Source: Verrucomicrobiota bacterium (GTDB lineage Bacteria; Verrucomicrobiota; Verrucomicrobiia; Limisphaerales; Palsa-1400). Taken from it: a DNA stretch of 64,000 nucleotides. The notes under the pieces are model-generated. The model did not search any database, was not told where the DNA came from, and saw only the letters and a program-made list of their open reading frames with translations. Within the stretch, counting starts at the first letter, position 1, and each line of letters opens with the position of its first letter. Where the stretch lies: positions 166,429-230,428 of the forward strand of contig JBEKYR010000004.1 in assembly GCA_049510745.1 (NCBI GenBank), written 5' to 3'. A program made the position numbers and the translations under genes. Below, one piece after another: positions 39,451-48,628 of the stretch.

Positions 39451-40194
39451 TCATTTGGGGTGACGGCATGCTTCCAATTCCTGGCGCAGGGGCGCCCAGT
39501 AAACTTTGTCGCGCTCGCGTTCGATGGCTTCCTCTTCGTTCAACGCCCGCTCCAACGCAACGGTGTCACGCCCTGCCGCTTTGGCCAGCAACGGGCGTAC
39601 CGCCGTCAGCCGCCGGCACAGCGCACGGTTTGACCGGGCAACGTCCATGAGAAGTTCCGGCGTGCGGAGTTCCTGCAGCCAGAAACGGATTTGCGCGACT
39701 GTGGCGCGGTCGCGGTTCTGATAATAATGCGCCTCGACCAGGCGGCGAATCATCGGCCAGTCCTTGTCCCGCTGGGTTTTCTTGGCCTGAACAAGGTCGG
39801 GCAAGGAGAGTAAATTGCACTTGGTTCCATCGGGCAATTCGATCACCGTGCGCCGCCGCCAGAGTTTCTCGAACAAATCGACCCCGCGCATTTTGGACAT
39901 CACATCCACGCGCATCCCCAAGGCGTCCGGGTGACGGCAGCGGAAATGAAGGGCATGGCCGCGGCGAAGAAACTTGGCTTCAAACGGAGGAATGGCGATC
40001 GGTTCGGCTTGCAGTTCGGCCAGCGCCTGGCGCAGACGCGCCAGGTTGGCCGCGTCGGCCACAATGGCGAAATCGACGTCCCGGCTAAACTCGGCCGCGC
40101 CGTAAAACACGCACGCCTGTCCGCCCATGAGCAGGGCGCGGACGCGGTGCGCGCGCATCGAAGAAAGGACTTTGCGTATCGGGTTCCGGATCAA
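39451..40194 (-). CDS. Nucleotidyltransferase-fold protein
   Basis: LLMGGQAC..G..EFSRDVDF (GG..DxD), RVDVM, DLVQAKKTQRDKD; probable TTG start. Confidence 0.7.
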   Translation of the reverse strand: MIRNPIRKVLSSMRAHRVRALLMGGQACVFYGAAEFSRDVDFAIVADAANLARLRQALAELQAEPIAIPPFEAKFLRRGHALHFRCRHPDALGMRVDVMSKMRGVDLFEKLWRRRTVIELPDGTKCNLLSLPDLVQAKKTQRDKDWPMIRRLVEAHYYQNRDRATVAQIRFWLQELRTPELLMDVARSNRALCRRLTAVRPLLAKAAGRDTVALERALNEEEAIERERDKVYWAPLRQELEACRHPK

Positions 40195-40315
40195 GCGAAC
40201 CTCCCAGCGCGAGATAGGTTTGCCAGAGCTTCTCGCTTTCCAGCCAGCGTTGGACGGGCGTGAGCCGATACCATTCGGCCCACTCCTCGCCAACCAATTC
40301 TTCCGGCTCAATCAT
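40085..40315 (-). CDS. Small protein upstream of and overlapping the nucleotidyltransferase gene
   Basis: 76 aa, EWAEWYRLTPVQRW..; two-gene TA-like layout. Confidence 0.55.
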   Translation of the reverse strand: MIEPEELVGEEWAEWYRLTPVQRWLESEKLWQTYLALGGSLDPEPDTQSPFFDARAPRPRPAHGRTGVRVLRRGRV

Positions 40316-40359
40316 GTCAAGGCGATCCTACGCCGTCAAACTGCGCCCGGCAACTCTTC

Positions 40360-40395
40360 TAATCATAATCATAATCATAATCGTAATCATAATCC
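40360..40395. repeat. TAATCA hexamer microsatellite (~6 copies)
   Basis: taatcataatcataatcataatcgtaatcataatc. Confidence 0.9.
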
Positions 40396-40454
40396 CCGCC
40401 TTCACCCAACCTTCCGCCGTCCTAAAACTACGGCGGACTGGCCGGGAAAAGGAC

Positions 40455-42548
40455 TCAGGGCTTCTCGTGAAAAGCCTGGCGCGCCTGATAGACTTTTTGC
40501 AATTCGAGATTTTGCGCCGCCAGGTTCGTCTGGCCGTGGGCCAGGGCGACTTCGCCCGCCTTTTGCGCCCACGCCACCGCTTCTTCAAAACGCCTCGCTT
40601 CCGCGCAGGCGTTGGCCAGGGTCCCCACCTTCAGCGCCTCGTTGGTGTGGGTCAGTGCGCAGGCGCGCAAGGCCAGTTGGACGGCTTCGGCGCCGTTGCG
40701 CAATTGCGCATCGGGATTGGCCGCCAGAAGCCACGCCAGATTGTTGAGGGCGTCCGCATAATCGGGCTGAACTTGCAAGGCCGCGCGGTATTGGGCGATG
40801 GCCTCGGCCGTTTTGTGCCGCGCCGCCAACGTCAGCGCCCACTGGAAATGGCTCGTCGAATTCCGCGGCGCCAGGCGCGCACACTCGGCGAATTGCTCTT
40901 CGGCCGCCTCATAACGGCGCTGCCGGGCCAGGGCGTTGCCCAGAAAAAGATGCAAATCCGCGTTGCCCGGCTCAAATTTCAGCCCCTCCTCCAATTCGCT
41001 TTCCGCTTCCGCATACAGCGTTCTCTCCAACAACAGCTTGGCCAACTCGCAGCGCGCGCCGGAAAAGCCAGGCTGAATTTTGAGGCAGTCGCGGAGGGCG
41101 GTGATGGCCTCGTCTTTCCTGCCCTCCAAATAAAGCACGCCACTGAGAAACGTGTAGCCAAGGGCATATTTCGGGGCGATCTCGACGGCTCTTTGGCATT
41201 CGAAGCGGGCCTGTTCCAGTTGGCCCAGGTTGCGCAGATAGGAGCCGTAGCTGCTGTGCGCGATGTAATTTTCCGGGTCAATCGCCAGCGCATGTTGAAA
41301 AAGCGTTCCGCTGTTCCGCCAGTATCGGACCTGGGCCATCGTCTGCGCCGCGCACCCCGCCAGTACCACCGCCGCCGCCAGCGCCAGAACCATCCGCCGT
41401 CCACCCCATTGCCGGGTGAGATCATCGGCCCCCCAGCAAAGGATGATGAAAATGCCAATCGACGGAAGATAAGTGTAGCGATCGGCCATCGATTGCGCTC
41501 CCACTTGAACCAGGCCGATGACCGGAAGCAGCGTGCCCAAATACCAGAGCCACCCTGCCAGCCAGTAAGGCCGCCTCTTCCGGAAAATGAGTGCCGCCGC
41601 CGAAATGCCCGCCAGAAACACCAGCGCCGGCACGACCTCCCGGGCCGGCAATTTATGGACCAGCGGATAGATCACGCTCAAGTTGGCCGGCCAAAACAGC
41701 TTCTCCACGTAGCGCAGATAACAAACCAAGGCATTCAAAACGCGTGTGTCAAGCGAAACGCTTCCCAGTGACGCCACCGCGCCGCCCCGGCTCTGCGCCA
41801 CCAGCGTCAGGATGCCGGAACCGATTGCCAGCGCAAAAAAAGGCAGCTTCTCCAGAATTAACCGCCAATAACGCTTGGGCGCCTCCGCCGCCACCCTCCC
41901 CAGCGGCCACCAATCCAGCAGCAGCAACACGCACGGCAGCGTGATCACCATCGGCTTGGCCATCAACCCAAGCGCGAAAAAAACAAGGGCCAGTCCGTAA
42001 TAAAACCTGAAATCCTGCCCCGAAAACTTTCGGGGTCGAGAAATTTCAACTTTTAAATTCTCCGCGTAGCGGACGTACGCCCACAGCGCCAGCATCCAGA
42101 AAAACGCGCTCAACACGTCTTTTCGCTCCGCGACCCACGCGACCGATTCGACGTGGAGCGGATGCCAGGCAAAAAGGGCGGCCACCATCGCGCTGCGCCA
42201 GAAAGTCCGGGTCAGCCGTTTGAGCGCCAGAAAGAGCAGAACCGAATCGGCGGCGTGCAGGAGCACATTGACGACATGAGGCGGTCCGGGACGCAGCCCG
42301 AAAAGCTGGCAGTCGAGCATGTGCGACATCCAAGTCAGCGGATGCCAATTGCTGGAGTAACCGGCTTGAAAGCACCACTGCAAACCCGCCCAGCTAAAGC
42401 CGTTCTTGAGGTGGTCATTATAGAGGATGTAAACGTTGTCGTCGAAATTGGTGAAATCAAACGCGGCCACCGGCCAATAAAGAAGCGCCGTGCCCAGGAC
42501 CAGGGCCGCCGCCACCCACACCGTTCGCTGCTGATCTTTGCCCAACAT
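40455..42548 (-). CDS. TMTC-like GT-C membrane glycosyltransferase with C-terminal TPRs
   Basis: FTNFDD, WHPLTW.SH.LD, HPLHVESVAWVAERKDVL, MADRYTY, WRNS..LF; TPR array. Confidence 0.88.
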   Translation of the reverse strand: MLGKDQQRTVWVAAALVLGTALLYWPVAAFDFTNFDDNVYILYNDHLKNGFSWAGLQWCFQAGYSSNWHPLTWMSHMLDCQLFGLRPGPPHVVNVLLHAADSVLLFLALKRLTRTFWRSAMVAALFAWHPLHVESVAWVAERKDVLSAFFWMLALWAYVRYAENLKVEISRPRKFSGQDFRFYYGLALVFFALGLMAKPMVITLPCVLLLLDWWPLGRVAAEAPKRYWRLILEKLPFFALAIGSGILTLVAQSRGGAVASLGSVSLDTRVLNALVCYLRYVEKLFWPANLSVIYPLVHKLPAREVVPALVFLAGISAAALIFRKRRPYWLAGWLWYLGTLLPVIGLVQVGAQSMADRYTYLPSIGIFIILCWGADDLTRQWGGRRMVLALAAAVVLAGCAAQTMAQVRYWRNSGTLFQHALAIDPENYIAHSSYGSYLRNLGQLEQARFECQRAVEIAPKYALGYTFLSGVLYLEGRKDEAITALRDCLKIQPGFSGARCELAKLLLERTLYAEAESELEEGLKFEPGNADLHLFLGNALARQRRYEAAEEQFAECARLAPRNSTSHFQWALTLAARHKTAEAIAQYRAALQVQPDYADALNNLAWLLAANPDAQLRNGAEAVQLALRACALTHTNEALKVGTLANACAEARRFEEAVAWAQKAGEVALAHGQTNLAAQNLELQKVYQARQAFHEKP

Positions 42549-42620
42549 GCAAGACCGCGATCTTACCGAGCGCTCCCCCTCGCGCCGAGCGCAAAGTGAG
42601 GGCGGAAAAAGCTTGAAGGG

Positions 42621-42884
42621 ATGCACAAACGAGCCACGCTTGAGCGCATGACTGTGCTTTTTCGTTGCCGGGTTGAAAAACCCTTGCTGAAGAAAGTGAA
42701 TTCTGTGACTCAACGCCTGGGCACGGATACGGGGGAAGTATTCAGAATCTTTCTGGCCGAGATCGCCCGCACTGGCAGAATTCCAGTCCGTTTGGCGCTG
42801 GAGCCGGCCGAGGCCGCCGTCTCACCTTGGGAGCAACGGGCCGAGACATTGGAAAGCTTCTACGATGAATCCAAAGCCTGGTGA
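42621..42884 (+). CDS. RelB/DinJ-like ribbon-helix-helix antitoxin
   Basis: FRCRVEKPLL..V...LG.DTGEVFRIFL.EIARTGRIP pattern; overlaps a toxin start. Confidence 0.65.
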   Translation: MHKRATLERMTVLFRCRVEKPLLKKVNSVTQRLGTDTGEVFRIFLAEIARTGRIPVRLALEPAEAAVSPWEQRAETLESFYDESKAW

Positions 42885-42972
42885 GGTCTATTGGGTTGAC
42901 CTGGGATCGAACGGCCGTAAATCCAGCCCTTTTTTCTCTGAGCCATCTCTCTTTCGTAGACGCTCTTCGTAA
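42865..42972 (+). pseudogene. Truncated MazF/PemK-family toxin
   Basis: MNPKPGEVYWVDLG is a PemK/MazF N-terminus; similarity is then lost and a stop follows after 35 codons. Confidence 0.65.
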
Positions 42973-43874
42973 GTCTGCAACTCGGGGATTCGGACAACTT
43001 CGTGTTCCGGCACCACGCCGAGGAGATTGCTTACAAAACCGCGAGTTCCCTTTTGACCGACAAGAGCTTTCCATCGTTCGATAGTCACTGCCAGATGAAT
43101 TTCAGGCGGAATCCCAACGGTGAAAACGCCTCTCAAAAAAGGTGGCAAGTCGGACGCGGCAACAAAGCTTCTGATGGAGAAGCCCTTCACCCAGTAACCC
43201 CAGGCACGATGCTCACATTGTGAACAACGCCAGCCACTGATCTTCATGCCAGCCACTGCAACAAGAGGCGGCCCCGCTGGCCCAAGCAGCTCGTAAAACA
43301 TCCTTGCTCGTCCTTTCCTGATTACGGGCCGGAGTTCCAAATACTGCCTTTCCTCCGGCGTCAGTAAGCCAAGAAACTCCTCGCTAAACAACTGCAGTGT
43401 AGTCGTTCCAAAATCTCCCACGTGCCCGAAAGCGCCATCGTATCGGCTCGGCGCATAACTCAAAGAGAGCGGCTTGTCGCTTCTGGGACTCGAAGCATAT
43501 TTGCATTTCCTGCAAACGGGAGACTGAAAGAAGGCATCAATGCCCTTTAGGCGTTCGTCAACCTCGACTGCAGATTCGAATGGGCACCATGTTGCGGCAT
43601 CTGTCTCAAAACGATCGTCCCCGCAAATGAGATAAATTTCCGGTTTGGCGTATTTGGCCTCAAGGGTGGATTTCGGTAAAGGGGGATCGAACTCCAGGAC
43701 CGCGTGCATGGCCCCGCCCGCATCCTGTATTGCTCTAATCAGGCGTTCTTCGGCCTCAGGGTACGTCCGGCCATTAGCGCAAAGCTTGGGACGCGATATT
43801 ACCCATAGGCCGTAACCGTCCCGAGACCGGCTCCAAGCGCAAAGATAGACGGCGTGTTCCATAAGATGGGCCAA
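42888..43874 (-). CDS. Hypothetical protein with two CxxC motifs
   Basis: 328-aa ORF, AT-richer than its flanks; CRKC and CSQC. Confidence 0.65.
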   Translation of the reverse strand: MAHLMEHAVYLCAWSRSRDGYGLWVISRPKLCANGRTYPEAEERLIRAIQDAGGAMHAVLEFDPPLPKSTLEAKYAKPEIYLICGDDRFETDAATWCPFESAVEVDERLKGIDAFFQSPVCRKCKYASSPRSDKPLSLSYAPSRYDGAFGHVGDFGTTTLQLFSEEFLGLLTPEERQYLELRPVIRKGRARMFYELLGPAGPPLVAVAGMKISGWRCSQCEHRAWGYWVKGFSIRSFVAASDLPPFLRGVFTVGIPPEIHLAVTIERWKALVGQKGTRGFVSNLLGVVPEHEVVRIPELQTYEERLRKRDGSEKKGLDLRPFDPRSTQ

Positions 43875-44752
43875 GTGGCCTAAAAGTTTGTCGGACGCCT
43901 GGTTCGCTTAAGGAAACCTTTGCTGGCCAGAGCCGAGATTCTCAAATCCTTCATCATCAAACCGCCTCTTATATACAGCCGCAGTTCAATTATGGAAACA
44001 CAGAAACTCAGATGCTTCGGGCCGGATCGTCCGATCCATCTGCATTTTCAAATCGGCGCAGAAACCTACCCATGAAATTCCTCGAATATCCCTTTTTTTG
44101 AAGGTTCCCTGTGCCATGAACCTGCCAGTGTGCGCGTCCGTGCGCGTCCGTGTCCGTCCTTTTGGTCCTTTCCGTCCCTTATGTCCCTTCCGCTCGTTTT
44201 TCGCGATGGCGGAAGCCTTCCCTCCGTCCACAACGTCCATGCTTCAGCCGAGCCGCTGTGGCGAACCGCAGTCCCCCTCGGCAGCAGCCTCGAAAGCACC
44301 GTAGCGCAGGCGTCCTCGCCTGTGGATTTCAGCGAACGCGGCGACGACCCAAACAATCGCTTTTTCAATCCTCTCCAGAGCCACGGAGCAAAACCAACGA
44401 GCCGCCGGCGCGAAAAATCAGAAACTTCCGATCGATCGGTTCGGGAAATCCCCCGCCCGCTCTTTTTGTGCCCTACTGCGGCAATTCTCCGCCTCCATCG
44501 CCCCACTCACTTATTCACTGATTCAAACTTCAAAACTTTTCGATAAAACCCCTTGACAAGTTCCAATAAACCGTGGTAATACTTCATCCAATGACGCTAA
44601 ATCGTCACATGGGTCAAGGCCCGGTTCGGCTCGAGGCGCTCTGCGCTGGTCGCCCAACCCCTTCGGCGACGGCGGATGTCTGCCAACCCGCCGGCCACCA
44701 TCCGGGCGAAAGTTCAACCGGCAGAATTTGCCGGTCCGGCCCGTCGAACCGG

Positions 44753-44887
44753 CTAAAACAACTAAAACCGAGTAAAACCGAGTACTTTTTTTATTTTTCA
44801 TGCCCGCCAAAGGAAAACGTCAGCAACCGATCATTGGTTTGAGGCCAAAACGGAGCAAAACGGACTGAAACGGAGCGAAACGGAGTA
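44753..44887. repeat. Two arrays of ~10-bp tandem repeats
   Basis: TAAAACCGAG x2 plus a degenerate copy; AAACGGANNN x4 at 44848-44887. Confidence 0.8.
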
Positions 44888-44968
44888 AAAAAATAAAGTT
44901 TTACGAAAACGGAGCCTTCGCAAACTTTGAGGTTTGTTCCCCGCCTCGGCCCTGCTAATCTCGCCCGC

Positions 44969-45754
44969 ATGGACATCGCGCCCCCTCCCATTGTCGAGGC
45001 CCACGCCGCGCCGCCCCAGATCGACGTGGCGGGGTTGACCAAACTTTACGGCGAGTTTACGGCCGTTTCCGACCTCTCGTTTTCCGTCCGGCCCGGCGAG
45101 GTGATTGGCTTGGTCGGGCCGAATGGCGCGGGCAAGACTACCACCTTGCGCTGCATGTCGGGCATCATCCCGGCGACGCGCGGCACGGTGCGGATCGGCG
45201 GCTTTGACCTGGCCCAAAACCCAATCGAGGCCAAGCGCCGCCTGGCTTTTTTCGCCGACGAACCGCGTTTGTTCGATTACTTGACTGTGGCGCAGCACCT
45301 GACTTTTACGGCCCGCATTTACGGCGTGGCCCATTACCAGGAGATCGCGCGTCCCCTCCTGGAGGAGTTGGAGATGGCCGACAAGACTGAAAAGCTGCCC
45401 GCCGAATTGTCCCGGGGCATGAAACAAAAACTGGCCATTGCCTGCGGGCTGCTCCATTCGCCCGAAGTCATTTTCTTTGACGAACCGCTGACCGGGTTGG
45501 ACCCGATGGGCATCCGGCGGATGAAGGACTCGATCTTGAAACGGGCCAGGGCGGGCGCGGCCATTTTGATCAGTTCGCATCTGCTCCACTTGCTGGAGGA
45601 GGTCTGCTCGCACGTCCTCATTCTCAAGAACGGCCGCAAGGTGATCGACGGGACGCTGGAGGAGGTGCGGCAGCGGTTTTCCGAACAAGCCGACGGCGCC
45701 AACCTGGAAGCTGTCTTCTTTCGCGCGACAGGCGAAGACCAAGGAGCGCCATGA
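44969..45754 (+). CDS. ABC transporter ATP-binding protein
   Basis: GPNGAGKTT, LSRGMKQK, FFDEP, SSH. Confidence 0.95.
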   Translation: MDIAPPPIVEAHAAPPQIDVAGLTKLYGEFTAVSDLSFSVRPGEVIGLVGPNGAGKTTTLRCMSGIIPATRGTVRIGGFDLAQNPIEAKRRLAFFADEPRLFDYLTVAQHLTFTARIYGVAHYQEIARPLLEELEMADKTEKLPAELSRGMKQKLAIACGLLHSPEVIFFDEPLTGLDPMGIRRMKDSILKRARAGAAILISSHLLHLLEEVCSHVLILKNGRKVIDGTLEEVRQRFSEQADGANLEAVFFRATGEDQGAP

Positions 45755-47496
45755 TCGCCGGCGCCCTCTTTTATTACCAATTTCATTCGCTCAAAAACCG
45801 TTTGTTGACGCGGATCAAACGGCTGCGGCGGCCGATGTATCTGGCGGGGGCGATTGTGGGGGGCCTTTACTTTTACGGTTATGTGTTTCGGGCCTTTCTG
45901 CCGGGGCGCGGCGCCGGCGCGGCGATGGCTTCGCAGCATCACGATCTGGCGCAATCGATCGCGGCGCTGGTGTTGCTGGTGATGGTGCTGCTGGCGTGGG
46001 TCCTGCCCCATTCGCGCGCGGCCCTGGCGTTTACCGAGGCGGAGGTGGCTTTTCTTTTTCCGGCGCCCATCGGACGGCGAACGTTGATCAATTTCAAGTT
46101 GCTCAAATCGCAGGCCGCCATTTTGTTCAGCTCGCTTCTTATGGCCCTGATCGGGCGCGGATGGGGCGGCGGCAATTTTGTCGCCCGCGTGCTGGGCTGG
46201 TGGCTGCTCTTCGCGGCCTTCAACCTCCATTTGCTGGGCAGTTCGTTCACCCTGACGATGTGGATGGACCGCGGCCTTTCCAATTGGAAACGCCGCGCCA
46301 TTTTCCTCGGCGCGGCGGGGACGCTGGCGGCCGCCATTTTTCTCTGGGCGCGGGCGGCGCTGCCGCCAATCGTCGTTCCGCCGGATGCGAAGGACTTGGC
46401 GTGGCTGGCGCAGTACGCCGGGCAGGTTCTGCAATCGGGGCCGCTGCCCTACTTGCTCCTGCCCTTCCGGTTGCTGGTCGCGCCGTATTTCGCGGCGAAC
46501 TTCGCCCAATTCTTCCTCGCCCTCGGGCCGGCGCTGGCCATTGTCGGGTTGCATTACTGGTGGGTGGTGCGGTCCAACGTCGCTTTCGAGGAGGCATCGG
46601 TGGAACTTTCGCAGAAGATCGCCGAACGGTTCGCGGCCATGCGCTCGGGCAACTGGCAGGCGGCGCGAAAGCCAAAAAAGGCGGCGCGGCCCCCCTTTGT
46701 TTTGCGACCGGCCGGCAATCCGGCGATGGCGGTGTTTTGGAAGAATCTGATCAGTGCGGGCCACTTTGTCACGGGCCGCATGTGGCTCATGCTGGTCTGG
46801 GTCATCATTTTTGGCGGCATCCTTCTGCAATCGCAAGTCACTCGCGGCGGCGGACTGGGGCTGGCGGTGGTGTTCCTGGCGGGGATGCTGCTGGCCATGT
46901 CGCTTTTTTCCGGCCCGCAGTTGTTGCGCTACGATTTGCGCCAGGACCTGCCCGCGACCGACGTGCTGAAAATGTTCCCGATGCGGGGCTGGCAGATCGT
47001 GCTGGGGGAAGTGCTGGCGCCGGCGGTGGCGCTGGCCGGGGCGCAATGGCTGTTGCTGGCGGTCGCGGCGGTTTTCTTTCCGAACCACATCCACAACCAT
47101 TCCATTCCACTCCTCACGCGGCTCAGTTTCGCCGTGGCGGCGGCGGTCGTGCTGCCGTTCATCGACTTGATTGCGGTGTTGATTCCGAACGCGGCCGTGT
47201 TGTTTTTCCCGGCCTGGTTTCAATTGGGGAAGGAAGCGCCCCGCGGCTTCGAGACGACCGGCCAGCAACTGATCCTCATGTCCGGCCAAATGCTGGCGCT
47301 GGCGCTTTCCCTGCTGGCTCCGGCGGGGGCCTTCGCCGTCATCTTTTTCTGCGGTTCGTACCTTGTCGGAGCGCCGGTCAGTGCGGTGCTGGCGGGCGTC
47401 GCGGCCGCGTTCCTGCTGGCCGTCGAGGCGGGCCTCGCGATCAAATTGCTGGGCGGCGTTTTCGAGCGATTTGATCTGTCCAGCGAAGTGCTTTAG
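45751..47496 (+). CDS. ABC exporter permease
   Basis: Many TM helices; FTEAEVAFLFPAPI motif; ATGA overlap with the ATPase gene. Confidence 0.85.
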   Translation: MIAGALFYYQFHSLKNRLLTRIKRLRRPMYLAGAIVGGLYFYGYVFRAFLPGRGAGAAMASQHHDLAQSIAALVLLVMVLLAWVLPHSRAALAFTEAEVAFLFPAPIGRRTLINFKLLKSQAAILFSSLLMALIGRGWGGGNFVARVLGWWLLFAAFNLHLLGSSFTLTMWMDRGLSNWKRRAIFLGAAGTLAAAIFLWARAALPPIVVPPDAKDLAWLAQYAGQVLQSGPLPYLLLPFRLLVAPYFAANFAQFFLALGPALAIVGLHYWWVVRSNVAFEEASVELSQKIAERFAAMRSGNWQAARKPKKAARPPFVLRPAGNPAMAVFWKNLISAGHFVTGRMWLMLVWVIIFGGILLQSQVTRGGGLGLAVVFLAGMLLAMSLFSGPQLLRYDLRQDLPATDVLKMFPMRGWQIVLGEVLAPAVALAGAQWLLLAVAAVFFPNHIHNHSIPLLTRLSFAVAAAVVLPFIDLIAVLIPNAAVLFFPAWFQLGKEAPRGFETTGQQLILMSGQMLALALSLLAPAGAFAVIFFCGSYLVGAPVSAVLAGVAAAFLLAVEAGLAIKLLGGVFERFDLSSEVL

Positions 47497-48626
47497 CACC
47501 GTTCCAATCTTCCGTCGGGGAGAATCCGGTAACGGTCGCCCCGCCAGGATATTCGGCGGCCGCAGAACGCCGCCGCCCAGACCGCCGCCTCCAGCACGTC
47601 CTTCACCGGCGCCAGCCACCAATACGCCCAATGGCCGCGCGACTGGGTTAGTCTTGACTGCTGTTGCAGGGCCGTGCCGGCGCGAAAGCCGAGGCAGACG
47701 GCCGCCGCGGCGAGGGCAGCCGGGCCGCGCGCGGCCAGCAGCAGCAACAGCGGCCAGAGGCTCGCGTTGTTGAGGATGCTCAGGAAATACGGCGCCGGCT
47801 GGCAGGCGCGAATGGTGCGCGCCCAACGGCATTGGCGCGCCCAAACCTGGCGCCAACCCAGCGGGGGGTCCCAGCATTCCGCCACCACGGTGGCGAACTC
47901 GATTCTTTTTTGTTGACGCGCCACCTGCCGCCCCAATTGGTAATCGTCGGCCAGAAAATCGGCCACGGCGGCGAAGCCGCCCATGTCGTTGAGCCGCGCC
48001 ACCGGCAGGGTCATGACCGCGCCCAGGGCAAAATCGACCGGCTTGAGGCTGCGCGCCTGCAGGACGTGCGTCCAGAAATCCGCGTTGACCGCCACGGCCT
48101 CCCATTGCATGGCGGCGGTGGACGCATTGGCCAGGCGATAAAAACAGTTGACCAGTCCGACGCCCGGATCGGACAAGAGCGGCGCGACGTTGACGGCAAA
48201 GTCGGCGGGCACTTTGACATCGGCGTCACTGATCATGACGAATTGGTGGCGGATGTGCGGCTCGAGTTGGCGCAAGGTCGAGACTTTGGCGTTGGCGCCG
48301 AGGGTCTGGCCGCAAATCACCAGGCGCGCGTCCGCGTCGGGAAAATCGCCGAGCAACTGACGCACCAGCGGGCAGACCGGATCGTTGGCGTCGGCCACGC
48401 CGAAAAGAATTTGAACGGGTCCGGGATATTTTTGCAGAAACCAACTGCGCAAACAATCCGGGGTGGCGGCGTCGCAGCCCTTGAGCGGTTTGAGCAAAGT
48501 CAAGCCGGGAAGGGACGGGGGAGGGTCCCGGCGGCGGTGAAGGGGAAAGCGCAGACTGACCCGCCAGCGCCAGAAAGTCAGGACGAAACTGACGGCGGTC
48601 AAGATGGCCAGGAGGACAGTCAACAC
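47493..48626 (-). CDS. hpnI: GT2/GT21 glycosyltransferase, HpnI/ceramide glucosyltransferase-like
   Basis: LLKPLKG, GANAKVSTL, ISDAD, LADDYQLG, RQCRWARTIR; probable GTG start. Confidence 0.8.
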   Translation of the reverse strand: MLTVLLAILTAVSFVLTFWRWRVSLRFPLHRRRDPPPSLPGLTLLKPLKGCDAATPDCLRSWFLQKYPGPVQILFGVADANDPVCPLVRQLLGDFPDADARLVICGQTLGANAKVSTLRQLEPHIRHQFVMISDADVKVPADFAVNVAPLLSDPGVGLVNCFYRLANASTAAMQWEAVAVNADFWTHVLQARSLKPVDFALGAVMTLPVARLNDMGGFAAVADFLADDYQLGRQVARQQKRIEFATVVAECWDPPLGWRQVWARQCRWARTIRACQPAPYFLSILNNASLWPLLLLLAARGPAALAAAAVCLGFRAGTALQQQSRLTQSRGHWAYWWLAPVKDVLEAAVWAAAFCGRRISWRGDRYRILPDGRLERC

Positions 48627-48628
48627 GA

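Noticed and set aside
43875..43890. Integron core-like TTAGGCC upstream of the 328-aa gene
   Set aside because: Not a true GTTRRRY; no attC structure or integron integrase found
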